From: Methanoregula sp. | GTDB taxonomy: Archaea > Halobacteriota > Methanomicrobia > Methanomicrobiales > Methanospirillaceae | Assembly (NCBI GenBank): GCA_039698055.1 | Contig: JBDKTL010000016.1 | Coordinates: forward strand, 58,820 to 122,819 | Length of the DNA stretch: 64,000 nucleotides | Direction of reading: 5' to 3' | Shown here: positions 18,740-27,784 of the stretch, in pieces | Layout: every line of letters begins with the position of its first letter | How positions within the stretch are numbered: position 1 is the stretch's first letter | Translations under genes and position numbers: made by a program | Notes under the pieces: model-generated | Told to the model about the DNA's origin: nothing | The model's database searches: none | The model's input: the letters and a program-made list of their open reading frames with translations, nothing else

Positions 18740-21700
18740 ATGCCGGCACCGCAACCGATTATCGATCTTATCCAACGCTACGAGTTCAATCGCCCGGTCT
18801 ATCACAAGGGGCAGAAGAACGAGACAGAACTGCGGCGGGAATTTCTTGATCCGTTCTTCCGTGCGCTTGGGTGGGACGTGGATAATAACAAGGGCTGGTC
18901 GGAGGCGTACAAGGAAGTCGCCCACGAAGACCCGATCCGTATCCGGGGCCAGACAAAATTCATTGATTACTCATTTCGGGTGGGCGGGGCCCGCAAGTTC
19001 ATCTGCGAGGCCAAGAAACCGGCTGTTGCCCTCAAAGACGATCTGGATGCAGCGCTCCAGTTGCGCAGGTACGCATGGAATGCCGGCTTAAAACTTTCAA
19101 TCCTGACAAACTTCGAGGAGTTCGCGGTCTACGACTGCAATGTTCCCCTTCGTAGCGACGATACGGCGGCAACAGCACGGATTGCCTATTTTCCCTATAC
19201 CGAATATGAAAACCGGTGGGACCGGATCGCTTCGGTCTTTTCCCCGGAGGGCATCCAGAAAGGCTCGTACGACAAGTACGTAGCAACAAACGGCGAGAAG
19301 CACGGGACCGCCGGTGTCGATGAGAAATTTCTGGAGGATATCGAGAACTGGCGGCTGCTGCTTGCCCGCAATATCGCGCTGCGGAATATCGGGCTCTCAC
19401 AGGAAGAGGTGAACACAGCAGTCCAGCTGATCATCGACCGGATTATTTTCCTGCGAATCTGCGAGGACCGGGGGATTGAGCACTACGAGACCCTGCATGC
19501 CCTGTCTCATGATCCGGGTGTCTATGCCCACCTCTGTGACCTGTTTTGTCTTGCGGATGACAAGTACAACTCCGGGCTTTTCCATTTCGCGGATGAAGTC
19601 GGGCTCGACGAGATGCCGGATACGCTTACGCCAAAACTCGTTATTGACGATGCGGTCTTAAAGACGATCATTAACCGGCTCTACTACCCGGAGAGCCCGT
19701 ACGAGTTCTCGGTGATCCCCGCTGAGATCCTCGGGCAGGTGTATGAGCAATTCCTCGGGAAAGTGATCAGGCTCACCGCAGCGCACCGGGCTGATGTGGA
19801 GGACAAGCCGGAGGTACGCAAGGCCGGGGGGGTCTTTTACACGCCCGCGTATATCGTGGACTATATCGTGAAAAAGACCGTGGGCGAACTGGTGAAGGGA
19901 AAAACTCCCCGCGAGGTGGCAAAACTCACCGTTGTCGATCCCGCGTGCGGCTCTGGTTCGTTCCTGCTCGGGACGTACCAGTTCCTGCTTGACTGGCACC
20001 GAGACTGGTACATCGGGCATCTTGTGCCGGTAATTGCAGACCATCCGGTAACCTCTCCGGAAGTCCGGGCGCTCCTGCCGGACCCTGTTGTTCCGGGGAA
20101 GGCGGCAAAGAAAGAAGGTGCGTACGAACTGCCGATCTACAAGGCCGGGACCGATCACTCCTCAAAGATGCGGAGCGACTGGCGGCTGACGACCGCGGAG
20201 CGCAAACGCATCCTCTTAAACAATATCTACGGTGTGGACATCGACACGCAGGCTGTTGAGGTGACGAAACTCTCGCTTCTCTTGAAAGTTCTTGAAGAGG
20301 AGAGCGAGGAGAATGTCTCAAAGCAGCTGAAACTTTTTGCTGAACGGGCGTTGCCCTCCCTGCATCACAATATCCGGTGCGGGAACTCGCTCGTTGCTCC
20401 GGATTACTTCGATCTCAAACAGGCGCACCCGTTCAACATGGAGGAGCAAAAGCGGATCAATGCGTTTGACTGGCAGGTCGGGTTCCCGCAGGTGATGAAG
20501 GCGGGCGGATTCGATGCGGTGATCGGCAACCCCCCATACGTCCGGCAGGAATCGCTCAAAGACCAGAAGGAGTATTACCAGTCCCGCTACGCAGTCTACC
20601 AGGGCACAGCCGATCTGTACGCGTACTTCATCGAGAAAGGAATTTCGCTTTTGTGCCCCGGGGGAATCTTCTCGTACATCGTGGCGAATAAATGGATGCG
20701 GGCGAACTATGGCAAGCCGCTCCGCAAGTTCCTCCTGACAAAACAGATCGAGGAGATCGTGGACTTCGGCGATCTGCCGGTCTTTAAAACCGCGACCACG
20801 TACCCGTGTATCATCCGGGTCAGGAATGCAAAACCGGCAAAGGAGATCTGCATCTCAAAGGTGGAGACGCTCGACTTCCCAAACCTTGCGGATTACGTGC
20901 AGCAGCACCGGCACCCGATTGAGCAGGCTACGCTCACGGACGGCGGCTGGACGCTTGGCGACAAACGGACGGAACTGCTGCTGAAGAAGTTGCAGAGTGT
21001 GGGGACGCCACTGGAAGAGTACGTGATGGGTGCGGTATACCGGGGGATTGTCACAGGGTTCAATGACGCTTTTGTGATTGATGAAAAAATCAAACAAAAA
21101 TTAATACAAGAAGATCCGAAAAGTGCAGAGGTCATTAAATCTTACATTGTAGGAAAAGATGTTCATAGATACGAACCCCAAAAACAAGGAAAATACATTA
21201 TTTACATTCCTTGGCATTTTCCGTTACATATGGATCCAACTATTACTGGAGCCTCTAAAAAATCTGAATTTGAGTTTAAAAAGCAATATCCAGCAATTTA
21301 TAACCATCTTCTTCAATACAAATCTCAATTAGAGAAACGTAATGCAACTGAAACGGGGATTCGATATGAATGGTATGCACTTCAACGATATGGATCTAAA
21401 TACTTCACAGAATTTAACAAACCAAAAATTGTGTATTTAGTTTTTCAAGTCAAACCAGCCTTTACATTCGATGCTGAGGGAGCATTTTATTTGAATAATG
21501 CGGTTTGGATGATCCCTAAACCTGATCTTTTTTTATTAGGAATACTAAATTCCAAACTTGGTTGGCTTTTGATCTCAAATTATTGTACACAAATCCAAAA
21601 TGGTTTTCAATTAATTTTCGACTATCTCGGTAAAATTCCCATCTACGTCCCCGACTTCGACAAGCTCGCAGACAAGACCCGGCACGACAAGATGGTTGCG

Positions 21701-21880
21701 CTCGTCACCCAGATATTGGAACTGAACCGCTACCTCCCGCAGGCAAAGACTGACCAGGAGCGGCGGTTGGTACAGCAGGACATCGATGCGACAGATGTCC
21801 GGATCGATGCGTTGGTGTATGATCTGTATGGACTGACGAATGAGGAGATAGCGCTAGTGGAAGGGGGCATAGTGAAATAA
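18740..21880 (+). CDS. Type IIG (Eco57I-like) fused restriction endonuclease / N6-adenine methyltransferase with TaqI-C-like TRD
   Basis: N-terminal nuclease (IDY..ICEAKK..QLRRY), GVFYTP, DPACGSGSFL, IYGVDID, GNSL, IGNPPYV, C-terminal TRD and helical tail. Confidence 0.92.
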   Translation: MPAPQPIIDLIQRYEFNRPVYHKGQKNETELRREFLDPFFRALGWDVDNNKGWSEAYKEVAHEDPIRIRGQTKFIDYSFRVGGARKFICEAKKPAVALKDDLDAALQLRRYAWNAGLKLSILTNFEEFAVYDCNVPLRSDDTAATARIAYFPYTEYENRWDRIASVFSPEGIQKGSYDKYVATNGEKHGTAGVDEKFLEDIENWRLLLARNIALRNIGLSQEEVNTAVQLIIDRIIFLRICEDRGIEHYETLHALSHDPGVYAHLCDLFCLADDKYNSGLFHFADEVGLDEMPDTLTPKLVIDDAVLKTIINRLYYPESPYEFSVIPAEILGQVYEQFLGKVIRLTAAHRADVEDKPEVRKAGGVFYTPAYIVDYIVKKTVGELVKGKTPREVAKLTVVDPACGSGSFLLGTYQFLLDWHRDWYIGHLVPVIADHPVTSPEVRALLPDPVVPGKAAKKEGAYELPIYKAGTDHSSKMRSDWRLTTAERKRILLNNIYGVDIDTQAVEVTKLSLLLKVLEEESEENVSKQLKLFAERALPSLHHNIRCGNSLVAPDYFDLKQAHPFNMEEQKRINAFDWQVGFPQVMKAGGFDAVIGNPPYVRQESLKDQKEYYQSRYAVYQGTADLYAYFIEKGISLLCPGGIFSYIVANKWMRANYGKPLRKFLLTKQIEEIVDFGDLPVFKTATTYPCIIRVRNAKPAKEICISKVETLDFPNLADYVQQHRHPIEQATLTDGGWTLGDKRTELLLKKLQSVGTPLEEYVMGAVYRGIVTGFNDAFVIDEKIKQKLIQEDPKSAEVIKSYIVGKDVHRYEPQKQGKYIIYIPWHFPLHMDPTITGASKKSEFEFKKQYPAIYNHLLQYKSQLEKRNATETGIRYEWYALQRYGSKYFTEFNKPKIVYLVFQVKPAFTFDAEGAFYLNNAVWMIPKPDLFLLGILNSKLGWLLISNYCTQIQNGFQLIFDYLGKIPIYVPDFDKLADKTRHDKMVALVTQILELNRYLPQAKTDQERRLVQQDIDATDVRIDALVYDLYGLTNEEIALVEGGIVK
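21671..21862 (+). repeat. Direct repeat copy 1 (~190 bp, 3' end of type IIG gene)
   Basis: GACAAGACCCGGCACGACAAGATGGTTGC...CAGGAGCGGCGGTTGGTACAGCAGGACATCGATGCG recurs at 23399-23591. Confidence 0.93.
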
Positions 21881-21934
21881 CACATTCACACCACACGCCA
21901 CTTTTTTATAATTATCAGAATACGATCGCTCTTT

Positions 21935-22075
21935 ATGCCATACACTTGTGGCGAAAAGCCAGGAAAAGGAACGTATCGCTGTCGAAAAGATGGGGAAATT
22001 ATCAGGTTGGATCAGGACTCTGATGTTTTACCGCCTTGTCCCAGATGTGCAGCATGCAGCTGGGATAAAATATAA
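21935..22075 (+). CDS. Small Zn-ribbon protein (46 aa, not in ORF track)
   Basis: Manual translation MPYTCGEKPGKGTYRCRKDGEIIRLDQDSDVLPPCPRCAACSWDKI*; GEKPGKGTY.C...LPPCP.C pattern; TTTTATAA upstream. Confidence 0.78.
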   Translation: MPYTCGEKPGKGTYRCRKDGEIIRLDQDSDVLPPCPRCAACSWDKI

Positions 22076-22173
22076 CTTTTTAAGAGGATTGTTCATCATT
22101 CCTTATGAGATTAAATAACGAATTATACTTCACAATCTTTAATTCATCGCAAACAAAGCATCAACATAAGGCC

Positions 22174-22620
22174 ATGGTAGATATTGAAATTCCCTAGGAT
22201 GAGGCAGACGCACTCATACAAATGCAAAAGTACCGGATAAATGACGATACTTGGCATTTTCCTGGCAGGGGGCGCTCCATTAACGTCCCATTACAATCGG
22301 AAGACAAGCGAAATAATTTCATATTGGATCTCTGGCGGAGCAGGCTGGAACTGAATAAAGTTACGTACCAGAACCGGGCACACCAAATGATAATTCTGGT
22401 CAGACTGGACTTAACCGGCAAACCGCACAAAAATCCTGACGATGAAATACTTACCGGGCCGCACATTCATCTATATCAAGAAGGATATGCTGACAAATGG
22501 GCATATTCTGTCCCATCCGATTCGTTTTCGGATCTTTCCGATCAATGGCAGACATTGAAAGACTTCATGACGTATTGTAATATTGTAAAAGGGCCAAACA
22601 TAATTGCGGGAATTGAGTAA
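22174..22620 (+). pseudogene. DUF6978-like protein with in-frame TAG at codon 8 (or N-truncated CDS from ATG 22222)
   Basis: ATG GTA GAT ATT GAA ATT CCC TAG GAT GAG GCA GAC GCA CTC continues in frame into MQKYR...VRLDL.GKPHKNPD..GPHIHLYQEGY..WA..F..YCNI. Confidence 0.7.
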
Positions 22621-23384
22621 TGATCAGCGACATCCAGCGATTGGTTAACGGATATCTTCAATGGCTTAACGAATCGATCAGCCTGCGCCAGGTTGATGAA
22701 TGGGTCGAAATTACTACACCATTCCTGGACCGGCATAACGATTATCTTCAGATCTATGTCAGGAAGGAAAATGGCGGGTATGTTCTGACAGATGATGGAT
22801 ATATTCTGGAAGATCTGAAAATGTCAGGATGCAAAATTGATACAGACAAGAGGCAGGCGCTCTTGTTAACGACACTCAAGGGTTTTGGTGTGCAGAATGA
22901 TCGGGGTGTCCTGACAATAAAAACAACAGAAAAATCATTCCCCCAGAAAAAACACAACATCTTACAGGCAATGCTTGCGGTCAATGATCTGTTCTATCTT
23001 TCTGAACCAATTATTGCAAGTTTATTCTATGAAGATGTAGTTGCATGGTTAGATGAAACCGAGATCCGGTATTCTCCCAAGGTAAAATTCACCGGCAAAT
23101 CTGGTTATGATCACCTTTTTGATTTTGTTATTCCGAAATCCAGACAGGAACCCGAAAGAATTCTACAGACAATAAATAATCCGAACAGGGCGCAGGCAGA
23201 AATGCTATCTTTCTCATGGATTGATACAAAAGATGTCCGTGCTCCTGATTCCAAAGCATATGCAATCCTCAATGATAAGGAACGTCGCATTCCGGAAGAA
23301 GTTCCAACAGCTCTGGAAAATTACGGAGTCCTCCCTCTCAAATGGAGCAAGCGCGAACAGTATATTCCTGAATTAATCGCGTAA
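22620..23384 (+). CDS. DUF1828 + DUF1829 domain protein
   Basis: [62 protein letters not shown]; 1-nt overlap (TAATG) with the upstream gene. Confidence 0.8.
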   Translation: MISDIQRLVNGYLQWLNESISLRQVDEWVEITTPFLDRHNDYLQIYVRKENGGYVLTDDGYILEDLKMSGCKIDTDKRQALLLTTLKGFGVQNDRGVLTIKTTEKSFPQKKHNILQAMLAVNDLFYLSEPIIASLFYEDVVAWLDETEIRYSPKVKFTGKSGYDHLFDFVIPKSRQEPERILQTINNPNRAQAEMLSFSWIDTKDVRAPDSKAYAILNDKERRIPEEVPTALENYGVLPLKWSKREQYIPELIA

Positions 23385-23398
23385 ATACGACTAAATCT

Positions 23399-23606
23399 GA
23401 CAAAGACCCGGCACGACAAGATGGTTGCACTGGTCACCCACATTTTGGAACTGAACCACTACCTCCCGCAGGCAAAGACCGATCAGGAGCGGCGGTTGGT
23501 ACAGCAGGACATCGATGCGACGGATGTCCGGATCGATGCGCTGGTGTATGATCTCTACGGTCTGACCGCGGAAGAGATCGAGCTCGTTGAATCGGCTACA
23601 CGCTGA
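23399..23606 (+). repeat. Direct repeat copy 2: orphan 3' fragment of type IIG gene (61-aa ORF 23421-23606)
   Basis: Encodes MVALVTHILELNHYLPQAKTDQERRLVQQDIDATDVRIDALVYDLYGLTAEEIELVE, nearly identical to the C-terminus of 18740..21880. Confidence 0.93.
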
Positions 23607-23826
23607 ACGGCAGAATAGTATAACCAGATCCGCCACGTGCCCGATGAGCATTCCCCCTTTCATAACTGTGTTTCCAATCCAGAATTTTTCCATTTTAAAA
23701 ATTTACCAAAAATTTATCTTTCCAAAAATTCTATTGATTTACCTGGATATGAGCGGGTGGTAGCACATGAGATCGAAAAAGAACCTGTCCGGGAAATCCA
23801 CGCAGAACTCTGGCGTCAATGAACCC

Positions 23827-24069
23827 ATGGCGGATTACCATTCAGGCACCGGACCCATCATCGCGGTGGACCCAACCGGCAGGATGGTACTTCCCAAAAA
23901 AATCCGGGATCACTTTGCGGTAAACAAGTTTGAGGTCCGGGCGACAAAAGGGCATATCGAGTTGATCCCGGTCAAGCCGCTTCGTTCACTGCTGGGGGCG
24001 CTTCCCGATCTTGATCTGGAGAATATGTATCGGGAGCATGACCGGGAAGTCGATGAGGAGGATGCATAA
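23827..24069 (+). CDS. AbrB/MazE-type antitoxin (VapB)
   Basis: VDPTGRMVLPKKIRD swapped-hairpin motif, acidic tail, abuts PIN gene; alternative start 23767. Confidence 0.85.
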   Translation: MADYHSGTGPIIAVDPTGRMVLPKKIRDHFAVNKFEVRATKGHIELIPVKPLRSLLGALPDLDLENMYREHDREVDEEDA

Positions 24070-24465
24070 GTGACCGGCACCGGCCTCCTTGTAGACACGT
24101 TCACGTGGATTGAAATTTTCAAAGACACAGCTTGGGGAAACCATGCGATGAAATACATAGAAAAACACTCCCCGGTTTTTATTTCCGTACTGACGCTGTA
24201 TGAGTTACAATGCCGTCTTCTGGAAATGTACGGCGATGAAAAAACTTCCTCGCTCCTTGAAACGATTCTCGTGCATACGGACGCGATACCGGTTGACAAC
24301 CTGATCGCAGTTCGTGCCGGATCAATAAATGCTGAACAAAAACGAGCGAACAGCAAAATGGGCGCAGTCGATTGCATGATCCTTGCAACTGCACAGATCC
24401 ACCACCTGGGCCTCCTCGCCGGCGACAAGCATTTTTATGGACTTGAAGAATCCGTCATTATCTGA
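24070..24465 (+). CDS. PIN-domain toxin (VapC)
   Basis: LVDTFTWIE, LTLYEL, MGAVDCMILATA, LLAGDKHF. Confidence 0.88.
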   Translation: MTGTGLLVDTFTWIEIFKDTAWGNHAMKYIEKHSPVFISVLTLYELQCRLLEMYGDEKTSSLLETILVHTDAIPVDNLIAVRAGSINAEQKRANSKMGAVDCMILATAQIHHLGLLAGDKHFYGLEESVII

Positions 24466-24888
24466 CGGCCACCGTCGGAGAAAAAAATTCGCCCCACATT
24501 GGGCACCGGACGGCCGATCTCTTGTTTTTCCTCCTCTAGTCTGCCTTAAAAAAAGGGGGCGCTGGAAGCCCGCTAAATTGGCCGGTTTTTTCCTGATTAA
24601 AACCGTTATTTTCAGGAAATACCGATTTTAAAGAGAATTTTTGTCGGGCGTCAACACCATTTCCACTGGAGATTTTCCCAATGCGGTCAGCCGTACAGGT
24701 CTTACGTCGGAGAATACATCATGGGAATGATGGCGTCCATAGTGTGAGTGTAACTGGTTATATGGGATACAGTAAGGATGATGTCGATGTCACGATCGAG
24801 ACCGGAGTCATACTCCCCGGGCTCCTTGCAAACAAAATATCGGGCAGGGATACCGTGGAGTTGACGTGCCAGAATGATACCGGTTTCC

Positions 24889-27621
24889 TTATGTGATCCG
24901 GTACTTTCCCTTCGGCACCAGGATCTCGAACCGGGCGCCTTTGCCCGGCTCACCGGTTTCCCTGATGGCGATGCCTGTCAGGGCAAGAATTTCCTGGATA
25001 AGGAACAGCCCAAGGCCAGTGTTTTTCCCAAAGCCCCGTTCAAAGATCCGCTTTTTTTCATCGGCTGCGATGCCCGTCCCATTGTCTTCCCACACAAGGA
25101 CCAATACTTCCCCTTCCTTATGGGACGATACCCGGATTTCAGTCACCCGCTCACCGTGCCGGACCGAGTTGTCAAGGAGGTTGCATAAGACGTTTTCCAG
25201 CATCGGGTCGGTAAATACTGACACGCCCTGTACATCCATTTTCAGGACAATTGTTGCCGGAACCTGTGAACAGGGCAGGATCGTGTCCACATCGATCCAC
25301 TGCGGCTCATGGGTGCCAAGTCTCTGGTAGAGCCGGGTAAATTCAATGTGCGACCGGATTGCCGTTGTGGCAGATTTAATTTTTCTTAAATATTCGCCCA
25401 GCGCGGGATCGTTCCAATTCAATTCTGCGATCTTAAGATACCCGAGGATAACCGTAATCTTGTTGAGGATGTCGTGCCTGGTTATGCTGCCGAGCAGGTT
25501 GAGCTGGCGGTTCGCAAGCCGGAGTTTCTCTTCGGCTTTCTTGCGCTCTGTAATGTCTATTATCACTCCCCGGAACCCACGTATTTTCCCGTCTGGCCCG
25601 ATTACCGGTGAGGCGCGAACCTCAATGACCAGATCGTGCCCGTCGCGGTGGCGGGCGGCAACTTCAAACGGCAGGTATGGCCCCTGGGATGAAACAAGTC
25701 GCGAGAGTTCCTGCAGGGCAAAAGCCGTCCTCTCATGGGGGGTCAGATCCAATATTGTTTTTCCAACCAGTTCGTCCGGTGTATAGCCCATGATCGATTC
25801 GGAGGAAGGACTGATGTATTGGAATTTCCCCCGCACGTCGATCTCCCAGATCATGCCCGGGGAGGTCTCCACAAGATTCCGGTATTTCTCCTCGCTTTCC
25901 ATGAGCGCCTGTTCCGCTTTCCTGCGTTCGGTGATCTCCCTGATGATCGCAACACAGAGCGAATTACCATTATAGTATTGCAGGCTCACTTCTACGGGGA
26001 TAATCCGCCCGTCTTTTGTCCGTTCCTCGCCTTCGAACGTGACATGGGAGGCAGTACGGAGGGACGTCCCGATCCACTCCATTTCCTTTTCAGATTGGGG
26101 CATCGTGATATCGGGCATGGAGAGGGTGAGCAGTTCGGCTTTTGTATACCCGAGTGCCTCGATAACACGATCGTTCGCATCAAGAATCCGCCCGGGACGA
26201 TTTGCCGGGGTGATTTCATGGCTGATGATCTGGTCGTTTGCATGATTGAATAGATCCCGGTATTTCTCTTCGCTTTCCCTGAGTACCTCCCCGGCTCTCT
26301 TACGTTCAGTGATGTCCTCGATGACACCGATAACCTTGGCCGGCTGCCCATTCATTTCCTTTTCGAGCCGGGCAATGGAGTGTATATCTCTCGGCGATGA
26401 GCCGTCTGCGGGGTTGATGATGTAATCAAGGTTGTACTCCTGCTCTGTTGTGATCAGATCAATGAGTGCCTGGTGAATCCGCTCCCGCTCCGGTATGCAG
26501 GCTTCGATGTCCGCTATTGGGAAGTCACCTGCGACAGCAGGATACCCGAAGATACAAAGCGCATTTGCCGATCCCCAGATTTTGTCGGTCGCAAGATCAT
26601 ACTCCCAGCTGCCGGAATGGCCGACAGCTTGTGCCATCGCCAGCCGCTCTTCGTTAATCCGGATCGTGCGTTCGCTCTCTGCAAGTTGATCGAAATGCCT
26701 GAGGAGTTCCTGTTTGGCAGCCGTGAGATGTTCGTTTGCCGTCTGCAGTTCATCGTAGTGCGACCGCAGCTCTTCTTCCGTTGCGGTTACCTGTTCATAC
26801 GCCGCCCGGAGTTCCAGTTCGATCTTCTTTAATTCCGTGATGTCCCGGATCGATTCTATCGCCCCGGTGATCTCTCCTTCCGGGTTATAGAGCGGACCTG
26901 CCTTGAGGAGCGCGAAGATCCGGTGCCCTTTGGGATGGGGGAGCTCAGTCTCGACCGTGAGTGAATTGCCGGTTCTGCGGACATTCGAATAGAATTGCAG
27001 AATTTTTTCATCCGGCTCATCGATGAGGTCGATGAGACCCGGACGTCGGGAGCCATAGAACCGGATGGTATATTCATAATCTCCCTTTCCCAGCATATCG
27101 CCGGCAGGAATCCCGGTCATCTCTTCAATGGCACGATTCCACGTAATTACGTGCCCGGACCGGTCGATGGCAAACGTGGCATCGGGAAGAAAATCGATGA
27201 TATCAGCGAGACGCCGTTCCGAGTCGTGGAGCAAACGCTCTGCCCGTTTTCTTCTCACTGCCTGACGAATCTTGTGCGCCAGCTCGGCAAACTGCGCGGC
27301 CGGGTCGCCGCCCTTCTGGATGTAGAAGTCTGCACCGTTGTTGATCGCATCGATCACGACCTCCTCGCGGCCCCGTCCGGTGAAGAGAATAAACGGGATG
27401 TCACCAAACCGCTCCCGGACCTCCTTTAAAAAAGCGATCCCGTCCATCCCCGGCATCTGGTAGTCGGAGACGATGGCATCGCAGGACAAGAGGGAAGGGG
27501 AGTTCAGTGCATCCTGTGCCGAAGTCGAGGTCACGACGCGGAACTCCCCCGATTTCTCAAGGAAGAGCTGTGCTATTTCAAGAAGGTCCTTCTCATCATC
27601 AACATAGTGAACAGAGATCAT
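24889..27621 (-). CDS. Hybrid REC-multi-PAS-histidine kinase
   Basis: YVDDE/SDYQMPGMDG receiver, several PAS/PAC repeats, RHDILN, NLLDNSVRHG, DNGTG, GLGLF. Confidence 0.93.
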   Translation of the reverse strand: MISVHYVDDEKDLLEIAQLFLEKSGEFRVVTSTSAQDALNSPSLLSCDAIVSDYQMPGMDGIAFLKEVRERFGDIPFILFTGRGREEVVIDAINNGADFYIQKGGDPAAQFAELAHKIRQAVRRKRAERLLHDSERRLADIIDFLPDATFAIDRSGHVITWNRAIEEMTGIPAGDMLGKGDYEYTIRFYGSRRPGLIDLIDEPDEKILQFYSNVRRTGNSLTVETELPHPKGHRIFALLKAGPLYNPEGEITGAIESIRDITELKKIELELRAAYEQVTATEEELRSHYDELQTANEHLTAAKQELLRHFDQLAESERTIRINEERLAMAQAVGHSGSWEYDLATDKIWGSANALCIFGYPAVAGDFPIADIEACIPERERIHQALIDLITTEQEYNLDYIINPADGSSPRDIHSIARLEKEMNGQPAKVIGVIEDITERKRAGEVLRESEEKYRDLFNHANDQIISHEITPANRPGRILDANDRVIEALGYTKAELLTLSMPDITMPQSEKEMEWIGTSLRTASHVTFEGEERTKDGRIIPVEVSLQYYNGNSLCVAIIREITERRKAEQALMESEEKYRNLVETSPGMIWEIDVRGKFQYISPSSESIMGYTPDELVGKTILDLTPHERTAFALQELSRLVSSQGPYLPFEVAARHRDGHDLVIEVRASPVIGPDGKIRGFRGVIIDITERKKAEEKLRLANRQLNLLGSITRHDILNKITVILGYLKIAELNWNDPALGEYLRKIKSATTAIRSHIEFTRLYQRLGTHEPQWIDVDTILPCSQVPATIVLKMDVQGVSVFTDPMLENVLCNLLDNSVRHGERVTEIRVSSHKEGEVLVLVWEDNGTGIAADEKKRIFERGFGKNTGLGLFLIQEILALTGIAIRETGEPGKGARFEILVPKGKYRIT

Positions 27622-27784
27622 CGCGTTGAGCCGGACTATATTTGATCTAAAAAAGTGTACGATGATACAAATAGGTTCTCGTAATACATATCCCCCACCG
27701 GCTTTCAGGCAATCCTCGCAGGAGTCCCTCAGGTGTTACATGGGTACACGGGCAACAATTCCCGGACCCCCCCAGATGAGGATG

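Noticed and set aside
22195-22197. Pyrrolysine read-through of the amber codon
   Set aside because: No pyl genes or other in-frame TAGs noticed in the window, and Methanomicrobiales are not known to use Pyl; a CAG>TAG change is simpler
24466-24660. Possible MITE or IS remnant after vapC
   Set aside because: Only weak, gapped terminal similarity, no target duplication and no second copy in the window
24681-24896. 71-aa ORF with GVILPGLLANKI (faint resemblance to PgsC-like membrane proteins)
   Set aside because: Match too short, no supporting context; cannot be told from chance
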